Source of the DNA: a virus
IMG/VR virus record: IMGVR_UViG_3300027387_000003
Coordinates: 1-64,000 of that record
Length of the DNA stretch: 64,000 nt
Reading direction: 5' to 3' (one strand)
Shown: positions 48,659-57,222 of the stretch, one piece after another
Position numbering within the stretch: the first letter of the stretch is position 1
Layout: every line of letters begins with the position of its first letter
Position numbers and translations under genes: made by a program
The notes under the pieces: generated by a model
What the model saw: only the letters and a program-made list of their open reading frames with translations
The model's database searches: none
What the model was told of the DNA's origin: nothing

Positions 48659-48678
48659 TTCGAGTCCTTGGTGGGGAG
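48659..48678 (+). pseudogene. 3' remnant of the disrupted tRNA
   Basis: TTCGAGT-CCTTG-GTGGGGA-G = T loop, T-stem 3' strand, acceptor 3' strand pairing with TCCCCAT at 48080, discriminator. Confidence 0.75.
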
Positions 48679-48683
48679 CGTTT

Positions 48684-48715
48684 ACACCCAACACCTATTG
48701 TTGGGTGTGTACACT
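48684..48715 (+). promoter_or_regulatory. palindromic operator adjacent to a leaderless -10 element
   Basis: ACACCCAACA-CCTAT-TGTTGGGTGT perfect 10-bp inverted repeat, then TACACT-N6-ATG. Confidence 0.55.
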
Positions 48716-48721
48716 TATACA

Positions 48722-48868
48722 ATGCCTAACGCACCTAAGACTCCGACGCGTACCATCCGCGTATCAGACCAGCTATGGACTGCTGTCCAGAAGAAAGCTG
48801 CAGCTGAAAAGATTACGGTTACCAGCATTATCATTGATGCTTTAGAAACCTATATTAAAGAAGACTAA
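48722..48868 (+). CDS. ribbon-helix-helix DNA-binding protein
   Basis: 'TPTRTIRVSDQLWTAVQKKAAAEKITVTSIIIDAL' Arc/CopG-like pattern. Confidence 0.8.
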   Translation: MPNAPKTPTRTIRVSDQLWTAVQKKAAAEKITVTSIIIDALETYIKED

Positions 48869-48872
48869 TCAA

Positions 48873-49016
48873 ATGGGAAAACACCACGATAAGATTGCTA
48901 AGGCTTTAGAACAACGCCAGGCAGCTACTCCTAACGGAGCTGGCTACAAGAAGCCAGGCTCTATGAATAAAAAGAAAACAGGTTTTAGAGGACATCGCGC
49001 TAAGGGTGCTAAATAA
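48873..49016 (+). CDS. small basic hypothetical protein (not in ORF track)
   Basis: MGKHHDKIAKALEQRQAATPNGAGYKKPGSMNKKKTGFRGHRAKGAK*. Confidence 0.55.
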   Translation: MGKHHDKIAKALEQRQAATPNGAGYKKPGSMNKKKTGFRGHRAKGAK

Positions 49017-49017
49017 C

Positions 49018-49046
49018 TTGACAGCCTTCTAGGCATCCATTAAGTT
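49018..49046 (+). promoter_or_regulatory. sigma-A/70 type promoter
   Basis: TTGACA-N17-TAAGTT upstream of the SSB/PolA block. Confidence 0.75.
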
Positions 49047-49077
49047 CTGTCCTAACAACCTAAACGTTAGGAAACTT

Positions 49078-49470
49078 ATGAATCAAGATGCCGTAGTAGA
49101 AGATGTAAAACAGTTTACAGTTCTCAAAGACCAGATTACACAACTGACAGAACGTCAGACAATTATTAAAAAGCGCCTCACTGAAACTATTGATGAGTTT
49201 GGTGTAGAAGACGAAAAAGGTCACATTGTTCTTAACTACAATGAAGACCAGCAGATAATGAAGCAACGTCGTGTATCTAAAAACCTAGACCTTGCTGCTG
49301 CAGAAATTATTCTTAACAAAAAAGGTATTAAAGATACCTGTATTAAAATGATTCCCACCCTTGATGAATCAGCAATCATGGCTGCGTTTTATAACGGTCA
49401 CTTGTCAGAAGAAGACATTGATACTATGTTCCCATCTAAGGTAAGTTACGCGTTCATCGTAGGGAAGTAA
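49078..49470 (+). CDS. hypothetical protein (coiled-coil N-terminus)
   Basis: ORF after consensus promoter. Confidence 0.65.
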   Translation: MNQDAVVEDVKQFTVLKDQITQLTERQTIIKKRLTETIDEFGVEDEKGHIVLNYNEDQQIMKQRRVSKNLDLAAAEIILNKKGIKDTCIKMIPTLDESAIMAAFYNGHLSEEDIDTMFPSKVSYAFIVGK

Positions 49471-49926
49471 ATGACCGATAAGATTGACAACTTCTTATCT
49501 GATTTGGATGAGTACTATCCAAACAGTAAGCGCAAGCGTCGCGTAAAAGAAGAGAAGGTAAATAAAAAAGATTCTGATTGGACAATCAATCCAATTAAGA
49601 AGACGTTACCTAATGGTAGGGACATGGAGTTCTACACCATTGGTGCGTTAGCGGTAGCGTTAGGTCGCCCACTTGTTACTATCCGTTACTGGATGAAAGA
49701 GGGTTATCTACCTGCTCCCTCTTATCGCTTAGGTGATAAGAAAGATGCCACGGGAAAGGAAATCAAAGGCCGTAGGTTATACTCACGGTCCCAGATTGAC
49801 GCAGCAGTTACGTTGTTTGGAAAGGCTGGCGCCCTAGATAAAACTAGGATAAAGTGGCCCAACCAGCAATTGACTGATGCAATTGCAGAGGCGTGGAGTA
49901 ACATCCGCGCAGAAGAAACTAAATAA
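49471..49926 (+). CDS. MerR-like HTH DNA-binding protein
   Basis: 'YTIGALAVALGRPLVTIRYWMKEGYLP....R....GRRLYS'. Confidence 0.75.
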   Translation: MTDKIDNFLSDLDEYYPNSKRKRRVKEEKVNKKDSDWTINPIKKTLPNGRDMEFYTIGALAVALGRPLVTIRYWMKEGYLPAPSYRLGDKKDATGKEIKGRRLYSRSQIDAAVTLFGKAGALDKTRIKWPNQQLTDAIAEAWSNIRAEETK

Positions 49927-49950
49927 AAACCACTAAAACAAAGGAAACAA

Positions 49951-50616
49951 ATGGCTATCAATAGAACAGATGAATACATGCCTGCTACTGATGACTTTAC
50001 AATCGACGCAGTTGTCGAGGGTCGTCCAGAGCAAGCAACATCTTCAGCAGTACAATCAGGTTGGGATGCAGCAGATAAGCTCTCAACTTCTTCAGGTGAC
50101 TTTCCAACAGAGTTTAAGTTCACTGATGGTGAGTTCACAGTAATTAAGTTCATCGACCAAAACGGTCCTTTTGCAATTTACAAGCAACACTTCCTACAGC
50201 AAAAAACTGTTGGTAAGCGTTCATACGTTTCTCTTGGGGCTAACGACCCATTGTGCACAAAGCTTGGCAGCAAGCCTGAAGACAAGCGAGCATTTACAAT
50301 TGCCGTTATTACACCCTCAGGTGTACAACGTCAGATGCTAATTGCAAGCCCACGTTTGTATAAGACACTTCACTCTGCAGAGTTTTCACCACAAGGTCCA
50401 TTGACCAAGAACTACTGGGCAATCAGCCGTACAGGCAAGATGCAACAGACTGTTTACAACCTTAACTCAATCAAGCCACGCGACCTCCTAGAAGACTGGG
50501 GCATTGATGAGAAGATGGCAGAAGATGGCGTAGCAGCTATCAAGCCTTTCGAGCGCTCTGTAATTAAGGAGCACACTTGGGAAGAGCTTGAAGAAATTGC
50601 CAACTCCCTTCTCTAA
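49951..50616 (+). CDS. single-stranded DNA-binding protein (gp32-like)
   Basis: Position before PolA; 'Y.QHF', 'DPLC', 'YWAISRTG....T.Y'; acidic termini. Confidence 0.65.
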   Translation: MAINRTDEYMPATDDFTIDAVVEGRPEQATSSAVQSGWDAADKLSTSSGDFPTEFKFTDGEFTVIKFIDQNGPFAIYKQHFLQQKTVGKRSYVSLGANDPLCTKLGSKPEDKRAFTIAVITPSGVQRQMLIASPRLYKTLHSAEFSPQGPLTKNYWAISRTGKMQQTVYNLNSIKPRDLLEDWGIDEKMAEDGVAAIKPFERSVIKEHTWEELEEIANSLL

Positions 50617-50627
50617 TTTCTAGTAGT

Positions 50628-50668
50628 AGGCTGGGGGCAACACGTGCTAAGACCCCCAGCCTTCTTCT
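50628..50668 (+). terminator. hairpin / putative terminator
   Basis: AGGCTGGGGG...CCCCCAGCCT-TCTTCT. Confidence 0.55.
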
Positions 50669-50681
50669 ATTTAAGGAACCT

Positions 50682-52655
50682 ATGAACATTATTACGACTA
50701 AAGAACAGTTAGATGAGATGGTGGCTTACTATCTTAAGCAGGACGCGTATGCGTATGACTGCGAAACAGTAGGCCCACGCCGTGGAGTCACAGTAGTTAA
50801 TGAAGTGCTGTGGTTAAGCTTTGCTACACATGGTCGTGGAGATGTAATCCCAATGGGACATCCCAATGGTGAGTTTATTGAAACTATACGTCCGCTTACA
50901 GGACAAGGGCAAAAGCGCAAAGACAAAGGTTTAGAAGTACGAGAAGCGGATTACTCGGCTGACGATAAGAAAGCCACGCAGGTCTTTGGTCCAGCCCCAC
51001 AACAGCTATACCCAACAGAGGTATTTAAAGCTTTAGAGCCGTTGTTTTTTAACGAAGAGATTTTAACTATAGGTCACAACTTAGTCTTTGACCTTACATC
51101 TGTAGCAAAGTACTTAGGTGGTCGTATTCCATCAGGTCCTTATTTTGACACCATGGTTGGCTCGTTTATCTACGACAACCGCAATAAGAACAAGTGTGGT
51201 TTAGATGATTGCTTAGAGCGTGAGCTTGGGTACAAGATGACTAAGGGTGTTGGAGCACAGGTAGAGATACATGCTTTTGATATTGTTGCTAAGTACGCGT
51301 ATCTAGATGCTAAGTACACCTTTGCTCTATGGAAGGTAGTAAAAGAAAAGATTAATGCTGCAGATGTAGACAACATCATGAAGCTAGAGATGGACGTGCT
51401 AGAAGTCCTTTGCCATATGAAGTTGGCAGGAGCACCTATTGATGAGAACGCGCTAGGTGATTTACATCAGCAGTTAGAAAAAGACATTGAGGCAACAAGA
51501 GAGACCATCTACTCAGTAGCTGGTCGTGTGTTTAATCTTAACTCTAATCCAGAGAAGCAAGAGTTGCTGTACACATCTAAGGACATGGGCGGTCGCGGAT
51601 TAAAGCCTAAGGTTCTTACAGGCAAAGGTATTAAGAAGGACATGGAAGGTAGAGAGTTAGAAGTATCTGACTACTCTGTATCAGCAGAGGCGCTTGAGCC
51701 ATACCGTGAGAAGGACCCATTAGTAAAAGCATTGCTGGAGTACGCAGACCTTAACAAGTTGTTAAGCACCTACGTAATCCCATATCTAGGAGGCGAAGTT
51801 GTCAGAACCACAGGTGGAAAATCTAAGATTGAAGTCAAAGACAGTCTCCTCGTCAAAGGTCGTTTACACTGCGACTTCATCCAACATGGCGCAGAGACTG
51901 GTCGTTTCTCTAGCCGTAACCCAAACTTACAGAACGTACCAAATCCAGCCACAGCTCACGGAAAAGCTATTCGAAACCTCTTCTACGCTCCAGAAGGCTA
52001 CAAGTTAGTAGTTGCTGACTACTCACAGATTGAGCCACGAATCATTGCGTCGATGTCTCAGGACCCTATTATGTTAAAAAACTATAGAGAAGGTAGTGAT
52101 ATCTATACAACCGTTGGTGATGTAATGGGTGTTAATCGTCAGGGTGGTAAGACTTTGGTGCTTGCTATGGCGTATGGTGTAGGTCCAGACAAGATTGCTC
52201 GTTCTATTGGGTGTTCTATTACAGAGGCTAAGAACCTGCTCAGTGACTTTGCTGTTAAGTTTGCCAACATTAATCGGTACAGGGTTAAAGTTATTGGCGC
52301 TACTAAGGTCAAGAACTACGTCACCACTATCATGGGTCGTAAGCGCTACATCCCTGAGATTAACTCTAAGAACTTTGGGGAGAGGGGTAGCGCTGAGCGC
52401 CAGGCGTTTAATACACGCATCCAAGGCTCTGCTGCTGACATCATGAAGCTTGCTATGATTAGGGCACACCAGATGATTCCAAAAGAATCACACATCCTAT
52501 TGACAGTCCACGATGAATTGGTCACCATTACACCTGACCATCTAGTTGATGAAACAAAGGAAGCAATTAGAGAAGCGATGGAAGGAATCAATATGCTAGA
52601 CGTACCGTTGATTGCAGACGTTAAGGTCGTACAACGGTGGGGAGAAGCCAAGTGA
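50682..52655 (+). CDS. polA: DNA polymerase family A (3'-5' exonuclease + polymerase)
   Basis: ExoI 'YDCET', 'GHNLVFD', 'TGRFSSRNPNLQN', motif A 'DYSQIE', motif C 'VHDE'. Confidence 0.95.
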   Translation: MNIITTKEQLDEMVAYYLKQDAYAYDCETVGPRRGVTVVNEVLWLSFATHGRGDVIPMGHPNGEFIETIRPLTGQGQKRKDKGLEVREADYSADDKKATQVFGPAPQQLYPTEVFKALEPLFFNEEILTIGHNLVFDLTSVAKYLGGRIPSGPYFDTMVGSFIYDNRNKNKCGLDDCLERELGYKMTKGVGAQVEIHAFDIVAKYAYLDAKYTFALWKVVKEKINAADVDNIMKLEMDVLEVLCHMKLAGAPIDENALGDLHQQLEKDIEATRETIYSVAGRVFNLNSNPEKQELLYTSKDMGGRGLKPKVLTGKGIKKDMEGRELEVSDYSVSAEALEPYREKDPLVKALLEYADLNKLLSTYVIPYLGGEVVRTTGGKSKIEVKDSLLVKGRLHCDFIQHGAETGRFSSRNPNLQNVPNPATAHGKAIRNLFYAPEGYKLVVADYSQIEPRIIASMSQDPIMLKNYREGSDIYTTVGDVMGVNRQGGKTLVLAMAYGVGPDKIARSIGCSITEAKNLLSDFAVKFANINRYRVKVIGATKVKNYVTTIMGRKRYIPEINSKNFGERGSAERQAFNTRIQGSAADIMKLAMIRAHQMIPKESHILLTVHDELVTITPDHLVDETKEAIREAMEGINMLDVPLIADVKVVQRWGEAK

Positions 52656-53125
52656 GTTTCTTTGACCGCTTTAAAAAAAGAGAAGAAGACTTTCAGATAT
52701 TTACTAGGGACATTCCTCTTAGCACCATCCTTCGTTGGTATATCTATGACACAGAGTTAGGAGAACCTAACGAGGTTGTAGAAATCATGGGCCTTAATAG
52801 GGCTAGTGAAGAAGGTGACGAGAAAGAGCGTGAAGACTCTGATGAGCGTATGGATAACATCGCCTACTTACTTCCTTATTTAAATGCCATGGCTGACATT
52901 GCAGCAGACGTTATTACTGGTGTACAGGTAGATGAGATTACTAAAGACAACCCTAACAATGCCGACGAAATTGAGCGTGAATTAGACACTATGCGGGTGC
53001 TGTATAAAGTTGTCAGCTTATCCGCTATCATGGGAGCCTTCGCTTCGGCTATGGAAATAGGTTTAATTGAGCCAGGCGATATACAGAAGACCGAGTGGGA
53101 GAATCGAGTACTAGATGAGCAGTAA
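52652..53125 (+). CDS. hypothetical protein
   Basis: GTG start overlapping the polA stop. Confidence 0.65.
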   Translation: MSFFDRFKKREEDFQIFTRDIPLSTILRWYIYDTELGEPNEVVEIMGLNRASEEGDEKEREDSDERMDNIAYLLPYLNAMADIAADVITGVQVDEITKDNPNNADEIERELDTMRVLYKVVSLSAIMGAFASAMEIGLIEPGDIQKTEWENRVLDEQ

Positions 53126-53474
53126 TTGGTGGGCAAATAAGTTAGGCACACAAGCACCACAGCAAGCAGCCCCAACACCACAGTATGTAGCTCCACAGCC
53201 TGCTACATACATTCAGCCTTCACAGCCACAGTATCCGCCTACACAGCAAGCAACACCGCAAGCAGAGCGTTGCCCAGGGTGTGGCAGTGGTAACTATGGT
53301 GGCGCAACACCTGAATCACGTAAGCGATGCTACGATTGCGGATATCCAATTACTCAAAGTGGTTCGGGTATGGGTAAAGGTGTTGTAGGTAATCAAGGTG
53401 GAGGACCTACTCAAGCAGCAAAGCAAGTTTCATCTGGTGGATTTAACCCAACTACAATCATTGGACACATTTAA
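53115..53474 (+). CDS. Pro/Gln-rich Zn-ribbon protein
   Basis: 'CPGCGSGNY...RCYDCGY'. Confidence 0.65.
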   Translation: MSSNWWANKLGTQAPQQAAPTPQYVAPQPATYIQPSQPQYPPTQQATPQAERCPGCGSGNYGGATPESRKRCYDCGYPITQSGSGMGKGVVGNQGGGPTQAAKQVSSGGFNPTTIIGHI

Positions 53475-54535
53475 TGAATGCCGAACTAACTAAACTAATA
53501 ACAAAGATTAATAAGAAGTACGGCTCTGACACCATCGTTATCGGTTCAGAGATTACCGAAGGCATTGGTCGTTTGACTACTGGCTCAGTGTCATTAGATG
53601 TAGCCCTAGGTGGTGGGTGGCCTACCAATCAGTGGCATGAGATTATCGGTGAAGCGAGCAACGGCAAGACCGCTATTGCATTGAAGACTATTGCTGCTAA
53701 TCAAAAGAAGGACCCTAACTTTACTGCGGTATGGATTGCAGCAGAGCAGTGGGTTCCAGAGTATGCAGAGCTTTGCGGTGTAGATGTATCCCGTCTATAT
53801 GTAGTTTCTACTAACATCATGGAGGAAGCTTATGAAACAGTCATCGAGATTACTGGGTCTAAAGCGGTCGATTGTATTGTTATTGATTCGCTACCTGCCT
53901 TGGTCCCTTCAGCAGAAGACGATAAGGAGATGGAGGAATCTACTGTAGGACGCTCAGCGCTTCTTACTAACAAGTTCTTCCGCAAGGTAGGTAAGGCATC
54001 TAAGCGCTCCCTCATTGAGGCTGAGCGCCCGTTCATTGGCATCCTAATCAACCAGTGGCGTTCAAAGATTGGTGTTATGTATGGCGACCCTCGCACTACC
54101 CCAGGTGGCCTAGGCAAGGACTACGCTTTCTTTACTCGCATGGAAGTACGTCGTGATGAGTGGATTGAGGTTGGTACTGGGCAGGATAAGCGCCGTGTAG
54201 GACAGAGTATTAAGGCTAGAGTTATCAAGAACAAGTCAGCCCCACCATCACAGGTTGCTGTCTTTGATTTCTACTTTGCAGACGGTGGAGAAATCCCTGC
54301 TGGAGAGATTGACTTTGGTAAAGAGATTATGGCTATGGGTATCCTTAACAAGGTTATTACCAGAGCAGGTGCTTACTACCGCTACGACTTCCAAGGCGAG
54401 ACTCGACAGTGGATGGGACAGGATGCTATGCTTGCCTCCATACGGGAAGAGTTAGACCTTAAAGAAACTTTAGAACGCGACGTGCTGGACTCTATTAAAG
54501 CAGGGTCTAAGTTTGTAGCATCCGATGAGGACTAA
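53474..54535 (+). CDS. recA: RecA recombinase
   Basis: 'TGSVSLDVALGGG', Walker A 'GEASNGKT', 'VIDSL', 'INQ.R.KIGVMYGDP.TTPGG', 'KNK.APP'. Confidence 0.95.
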   Translation: MNAELTKLITKINKKYGSDTIVIGSEITEGIGRLTTGSVSLDVALGGGWPTNQWHEIIGEASNGKTAIALKTIAANQKKDPNFTAVWIAAEQWVPEYAELCGVDVSRLYVVSTNIMEEAYETVIEITGSKAVDCIVIDSLPALVPSAEDDKEMEESTVGRSALLTNKFFRKVGKASKRSLIEAERPFIGILINQWRSKIGVMYGDPRTTPGGLGKDYAFFTRMEVRRDEWIEVGTGQDKRRVGQSIKARVIKNKSAPPSQVAVFDFYFADGGEIPAGEIDFGKEIMAMGILNKVITRAGAYYRYDFQGETRQWMGQDAMLASIREELDLKETLERDVLDSIKAGSKFVASDED

Positions 54536-54866
54536 AGGACAGAAAGAGTCTAAGAAGCACGAGGACCGACTTGCAAAGGCAATTGGTGGACAGCGTTCAG
54601 CTGGAAGCGGTGCCTTTTGGAGTCGTAAAGGCGATGTTCGGTCTGACGATTTGCTCGTAGAGCATAAGTGGACTGGCAAAACCTCCGTAACCATTAAGGC
54701 TGCGGTTCTAAAAAAGATTGTCAACGAAGCAATCGTTGAGAGTCGGATGCCTGTCCTCGGCTTTCACCTTGATGGTGAGAACTACGTAATGTTAACCGAA
54801 GACGATTTCCTGGAGCTGCGCCACTACCTCCAGGAGTGTAATTGTACGAAGACATCGGGCACGTAG
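54525..54866 (+). CDS. PD-(D/E)XK nuclease, Holliday junction resolvase-like
   Basis: 'E..LAK..GG.R..GSGA....KGDV......VEHK'. Confidence 0.75.
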   Translation: MRTKGQKESKKHEDRLAKAIGGQRSAGSGAFWSRKGDVRSDDLLVEHKWTGKTSVTIKAAVLKKIVNEAIVESRMPVLGFHLDGENYVMLTEDDFLELRHYLQECNCTKTSGT

Positions 54867-55159
54867 AAGGATGGCGTCATAACGCTAAGTGCCGTGGCAT
54901 GGATACCGAGCTTTGGTTTCCACCAAGAGACAAAGCAAAATATAAAAAGATAGCAACCATTTCTAAAGCTACGTGCTATGGAAAAGATGGGTTGCCAGAG
55001 TGCCCTGTTCGTAAGCAGTGTCTTTTGTACGCAGATAGCATGGATGAGCAGCATGGTATCTGGGGTGGAATGTCACACCGTGAACGCAACGCATTAAAGC
55101 GCAAAGCAAATAAAGAAGGAAAAACATTTAAAGAATGGGTATCAGAGGAGAAGTTGTGA
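54842..55159 (+). CDS. whiB: WhiB family transcription factor
   Basis: Four Cys, 'C...D..LWFP', 'CPVR..CL.YA', 'GIWGG....ER'; TTG start with AGGAG. Confidence 0.92.
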   Translation: MYEDIGHVEGWRHNAKCRGMDTELWFPPRDKAKYKKIATISKATCYGKDGLPECPVRKQCLLYADSMDEQHGIWGGMSHRERNALKRKANKEGKTFKEWVSEEKL

Positions 55160-55171
55160 TAGGTTGTTGCA

Positions 55172-56029
55172 ATGAAAGCAAACAAGCCCCAGCAAATTAC
55201 TGGCTCCCTGAAAGCATTCGTCGACGTGGCTAAAAAGAACAGCAGAGTAATAGGTTCTGTAGAGCGTCATCTAATCTCTAAGCCCCGTGATATGAGCCGT
55301 AGAACAGACGTTCTACACCCCTCCGATATGGTCAGTGATGAGTGGTGCTACCGTGCTTCTTACTTCCATTTAAAGGGTCATGCACCAATAAGCAACCGTG
55401 TTATGAGGTTACAGACACACTCCGTGTTTGCTGAAGGGCATGCTATCCATGCTAAGTGGCAGAAGTGGTTTCAGGAAATGGGAACCCTATATGGCAAGTG
55501 GTATTGCATTGAGTGTGAAGAAGAATTCTGGGGCGGGTCTGATTGTCATGATGGTCCGTTGGAGTATCGTGAAGTTCCATTGTTTTATGAGCCACTACGC
55601 ATTTCAGGACACTCAGATGGTTGGCTAGTTAATCTAGGTAATCCACTTATGTTAGAGATTAAGTCTATTGGTGCTGGCACTATTCGCTGGGAAGCACCAC
55701 AGTTAATGGCTCAGCATGGCGGAGACATGACTAAGGTATGGCCTGATATTAAAGCGCCATTTGAAAAGCACGTTAATCAAGTACAGATTTATATGAAGTT
55801 GGCAGAGCTAATTGGGTATCCAGATGTACCACAGGAAGCTGTGCTTATTTATGAAAACAAAGCAGACCAATCAGCTAAAGAATTTGTAGTACCTAAGTCT
55901 GATTTTGCTATTGCGCCACTGTTCGAGGCTGCTGCTATGATTGTAGAAGCAGTTAAAAATGACACGCCACCAACATGTAATATTGATGCCTGGGGACAGT
56001 GTTCAAGATGCGGAGGATACAATGACTGA
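55172..56029 (+). CDS. Cas4/RecB-like PD-(D/E)XK exonuclease
   Basis: 'HPS.....WC', 'GHSDG', 'EIKS', 'QVQIY', C-terminal Cys cluster. Confidence 0.8.
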   Translation: MKANKPQQITGSLKAFVDVAKKNSRVIGSVERHLISKPRDMSRRTDVLHPSDMVSDEWCYRASYFHLKGHAPISNRVMRLQTHSVFAEGHAIHAKWQKWFQEMGTLYGKWYCIECEEEFWGGSDCHDGPLEYREVPLFYEPLRISGHSDGWLVNLGNPLMLEIKSIGAGTIRWEAPQLMAQHGGDMTKVWPDIKAPFEKHVNQVQIYMKLAELIGYPDVPQEAVLIYENKADQSAKEFVVPKSDFAIAPLFEAAAMIVEAVKNDTPPTCNIDAWGQCSRCGGYND

Positions 56030-56516
56030 TTTAGTAGCAACAGGTATTAGCGAAGAAGTGCTAAAGGTATTGGAAAACCAAGGTCTTCCTATCAAGCGCT
56101 CTATGAAGCTGGAGCTTCCTGATTTTCCAGAAGACATCACAGCTATTGATGAACAGCAGCTAATGATTATGGCTAGCAAGTACATGGAGAACCTAAACTT
56201 CATTCGTACACAGGTAGCCTGCGCTACCCTCGCAGAGGCTGAAGCTGACAGTGCATATGACATGACTGTAGCCAAAGGTTTACTAGGTAAGACAACGGGC
56301 AAGAGCACAGAGAAGTCTGTGATGCTCAAGGCAGCCGTTGTAACAGAGCCTGAGGTAGTTGAACTAGCCAAGGCTAAGGACTTTGCCTACGCCTATCGTA
56401 AGCTGTTAGAGACCCACCTAGAGAACTTAGAGCGCTACTACTCCCTCACTAGCCGTGAGTTGACACGTCGTACCTCAAACGCTCGCAGTGGTTCGTTTAA
56501 CAGATATGTCCCTTAA
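56022..56516 (+). CDS. helical protein, possible recombination mediator (UvsY-like)
   Basis: All-helical; 'SRELTRR' C-terminus; within recombination cluster. Confidence 0.45.
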   Translation: MTDLVATGISEEVLKVLENQGLPIKRSMKLELPDFPEDITAIDEQQLMIMASKYMENLNFIRTQVACATLAEAEADSAYDMTVAKGLLGKTTGKSTEKSVMLKAAVVTEPEVVELAKAKDFAYAYRKLLETHLENLERYYSLTSRELTRRTSNARSGSFNRYVP

Positions 56517-57051
56517 AAAAACTGAAGGAGGCCTCGACCTCACTGACAGTAGCCCAGTTTATTTAGGTATAGACCAATCCTTTACAGGGTTTGCTATGTG
56601 TGCGTATAAAGACGATAAGTACTACGCAGAGGTTTATAAATCCAATAATAAAGGTATGCCACGTATGTTAGATATACGTGCTTTTATACGTGACTGGTTA
56701 TCTAGGGTAGAGATTATCGATGTAGCCATGGAAGGCTACGCGATGGGGGCTAAAGGCAAGGTATTCCATCTAGGTGAGCTTGGTGGCCTAGTTAAGATGG
56801 AGTTGGCAGATATTGACAAGTACCCATTGATAATTCCACCAACTACGCTAAAGAAATATGTAACAGGTGCAGGCACGGGACAGAAGAACCAGATGATTTT
56901 GCATACCTACAAAAAGTGGGGGCCAACATTTACTGACGATAACGCCTGTGATGCATATGGACTTGCAAGGCTATGCTCAGGGGATGGTACGCTTGCATAT
57001 GAAAAGGCTATTTACCAACAGGTACAAAGTCCAGACTATAGGGAGATTTAA
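56506..57051 (+). CDS. RuvC-like Holliday junction resolvase
   Basis: 'LGIDQS.TG', 'AMEGY', 'PPTTLKKYVTG.G...K', 'DNACDA'. Confidence 0.85.
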   Translation: MSLKKTEGGLDLTDSSPVYLGIDQSFTGFAMCAYKDDKYYAEVYKSNNKGMPRMLDIRAFIRDWLSRVEIIDVAMEGYAMGAKGKVFHLGELGGLVKMELADIDKYPLIIPPTTLKKYVTGAGTGQKNQMILHTYKKWGPTFTDDNACDAYGLARLCSGDGTLAYEKAIYQQVQSPDYREI

Positions 57052-57222
57052 ATGCCTATGTACGATTTTTCATGTATGAAGTGTGACCGCACTGTAGAGA
57101 TGCACTTTGCATTTGACTCTGTGCAACGCCCTACATGTGAAGGGTGCGGAGAATTTATGGTAAAAAACTACACACCACCTGCTGTTCAATTTAAAGGCGG
57201 AGGCTGGGGAGGTCAAGGATGA
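57052..57222 (+). CDS. FmdB-family zinc-ribbon protein (not in ORF track)
   Basis: MPMYDFSCMKC...PTCEGCG...FKGGGW. Confidence 0.8.
   Translation: MPMYDFSCMKCDRTVEMHFAFDSVQRPTCEGCGEFMVKNYTPPAVQFKGGGWGGQG

Larger units (their letters stand above)
48124..48669 (+). mobile_element. HNH endonuclease + replacement tRNA-Gln cassette inserted in a tRNA gene
   Basis: Bounded by 9-bp direct repeat CGAGTCCTT (48124-48132, 48661-48669) and flanked by complementary tRNA halves. Confidence 0.7.

Noticed and set aside
48080-48678. Group I intron in a tRNA, or attL/attR of an integrated element
   Set aside because: The insert is fully occupied by the HNH ORF and a tRNA, leaving no room for a ribozyme core. 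Rejoining the halves gives only ~62 nt with no anticodon arm. No integrase is present.
47937-48729. ORF-track calls 47937-48191(-), 48540-48722(-) and 48544-48729(+)
   Set aside because: Shadows of the tRNA genes and HNH; no RBS and no protein-like features.
55172-56029. CRISPR-Cas system (Cas4-like gene)
   Set aside because: No repeat-spacer array or other cas genes; stand-alone Cas4-like nucleases are common in phage recombination modules.
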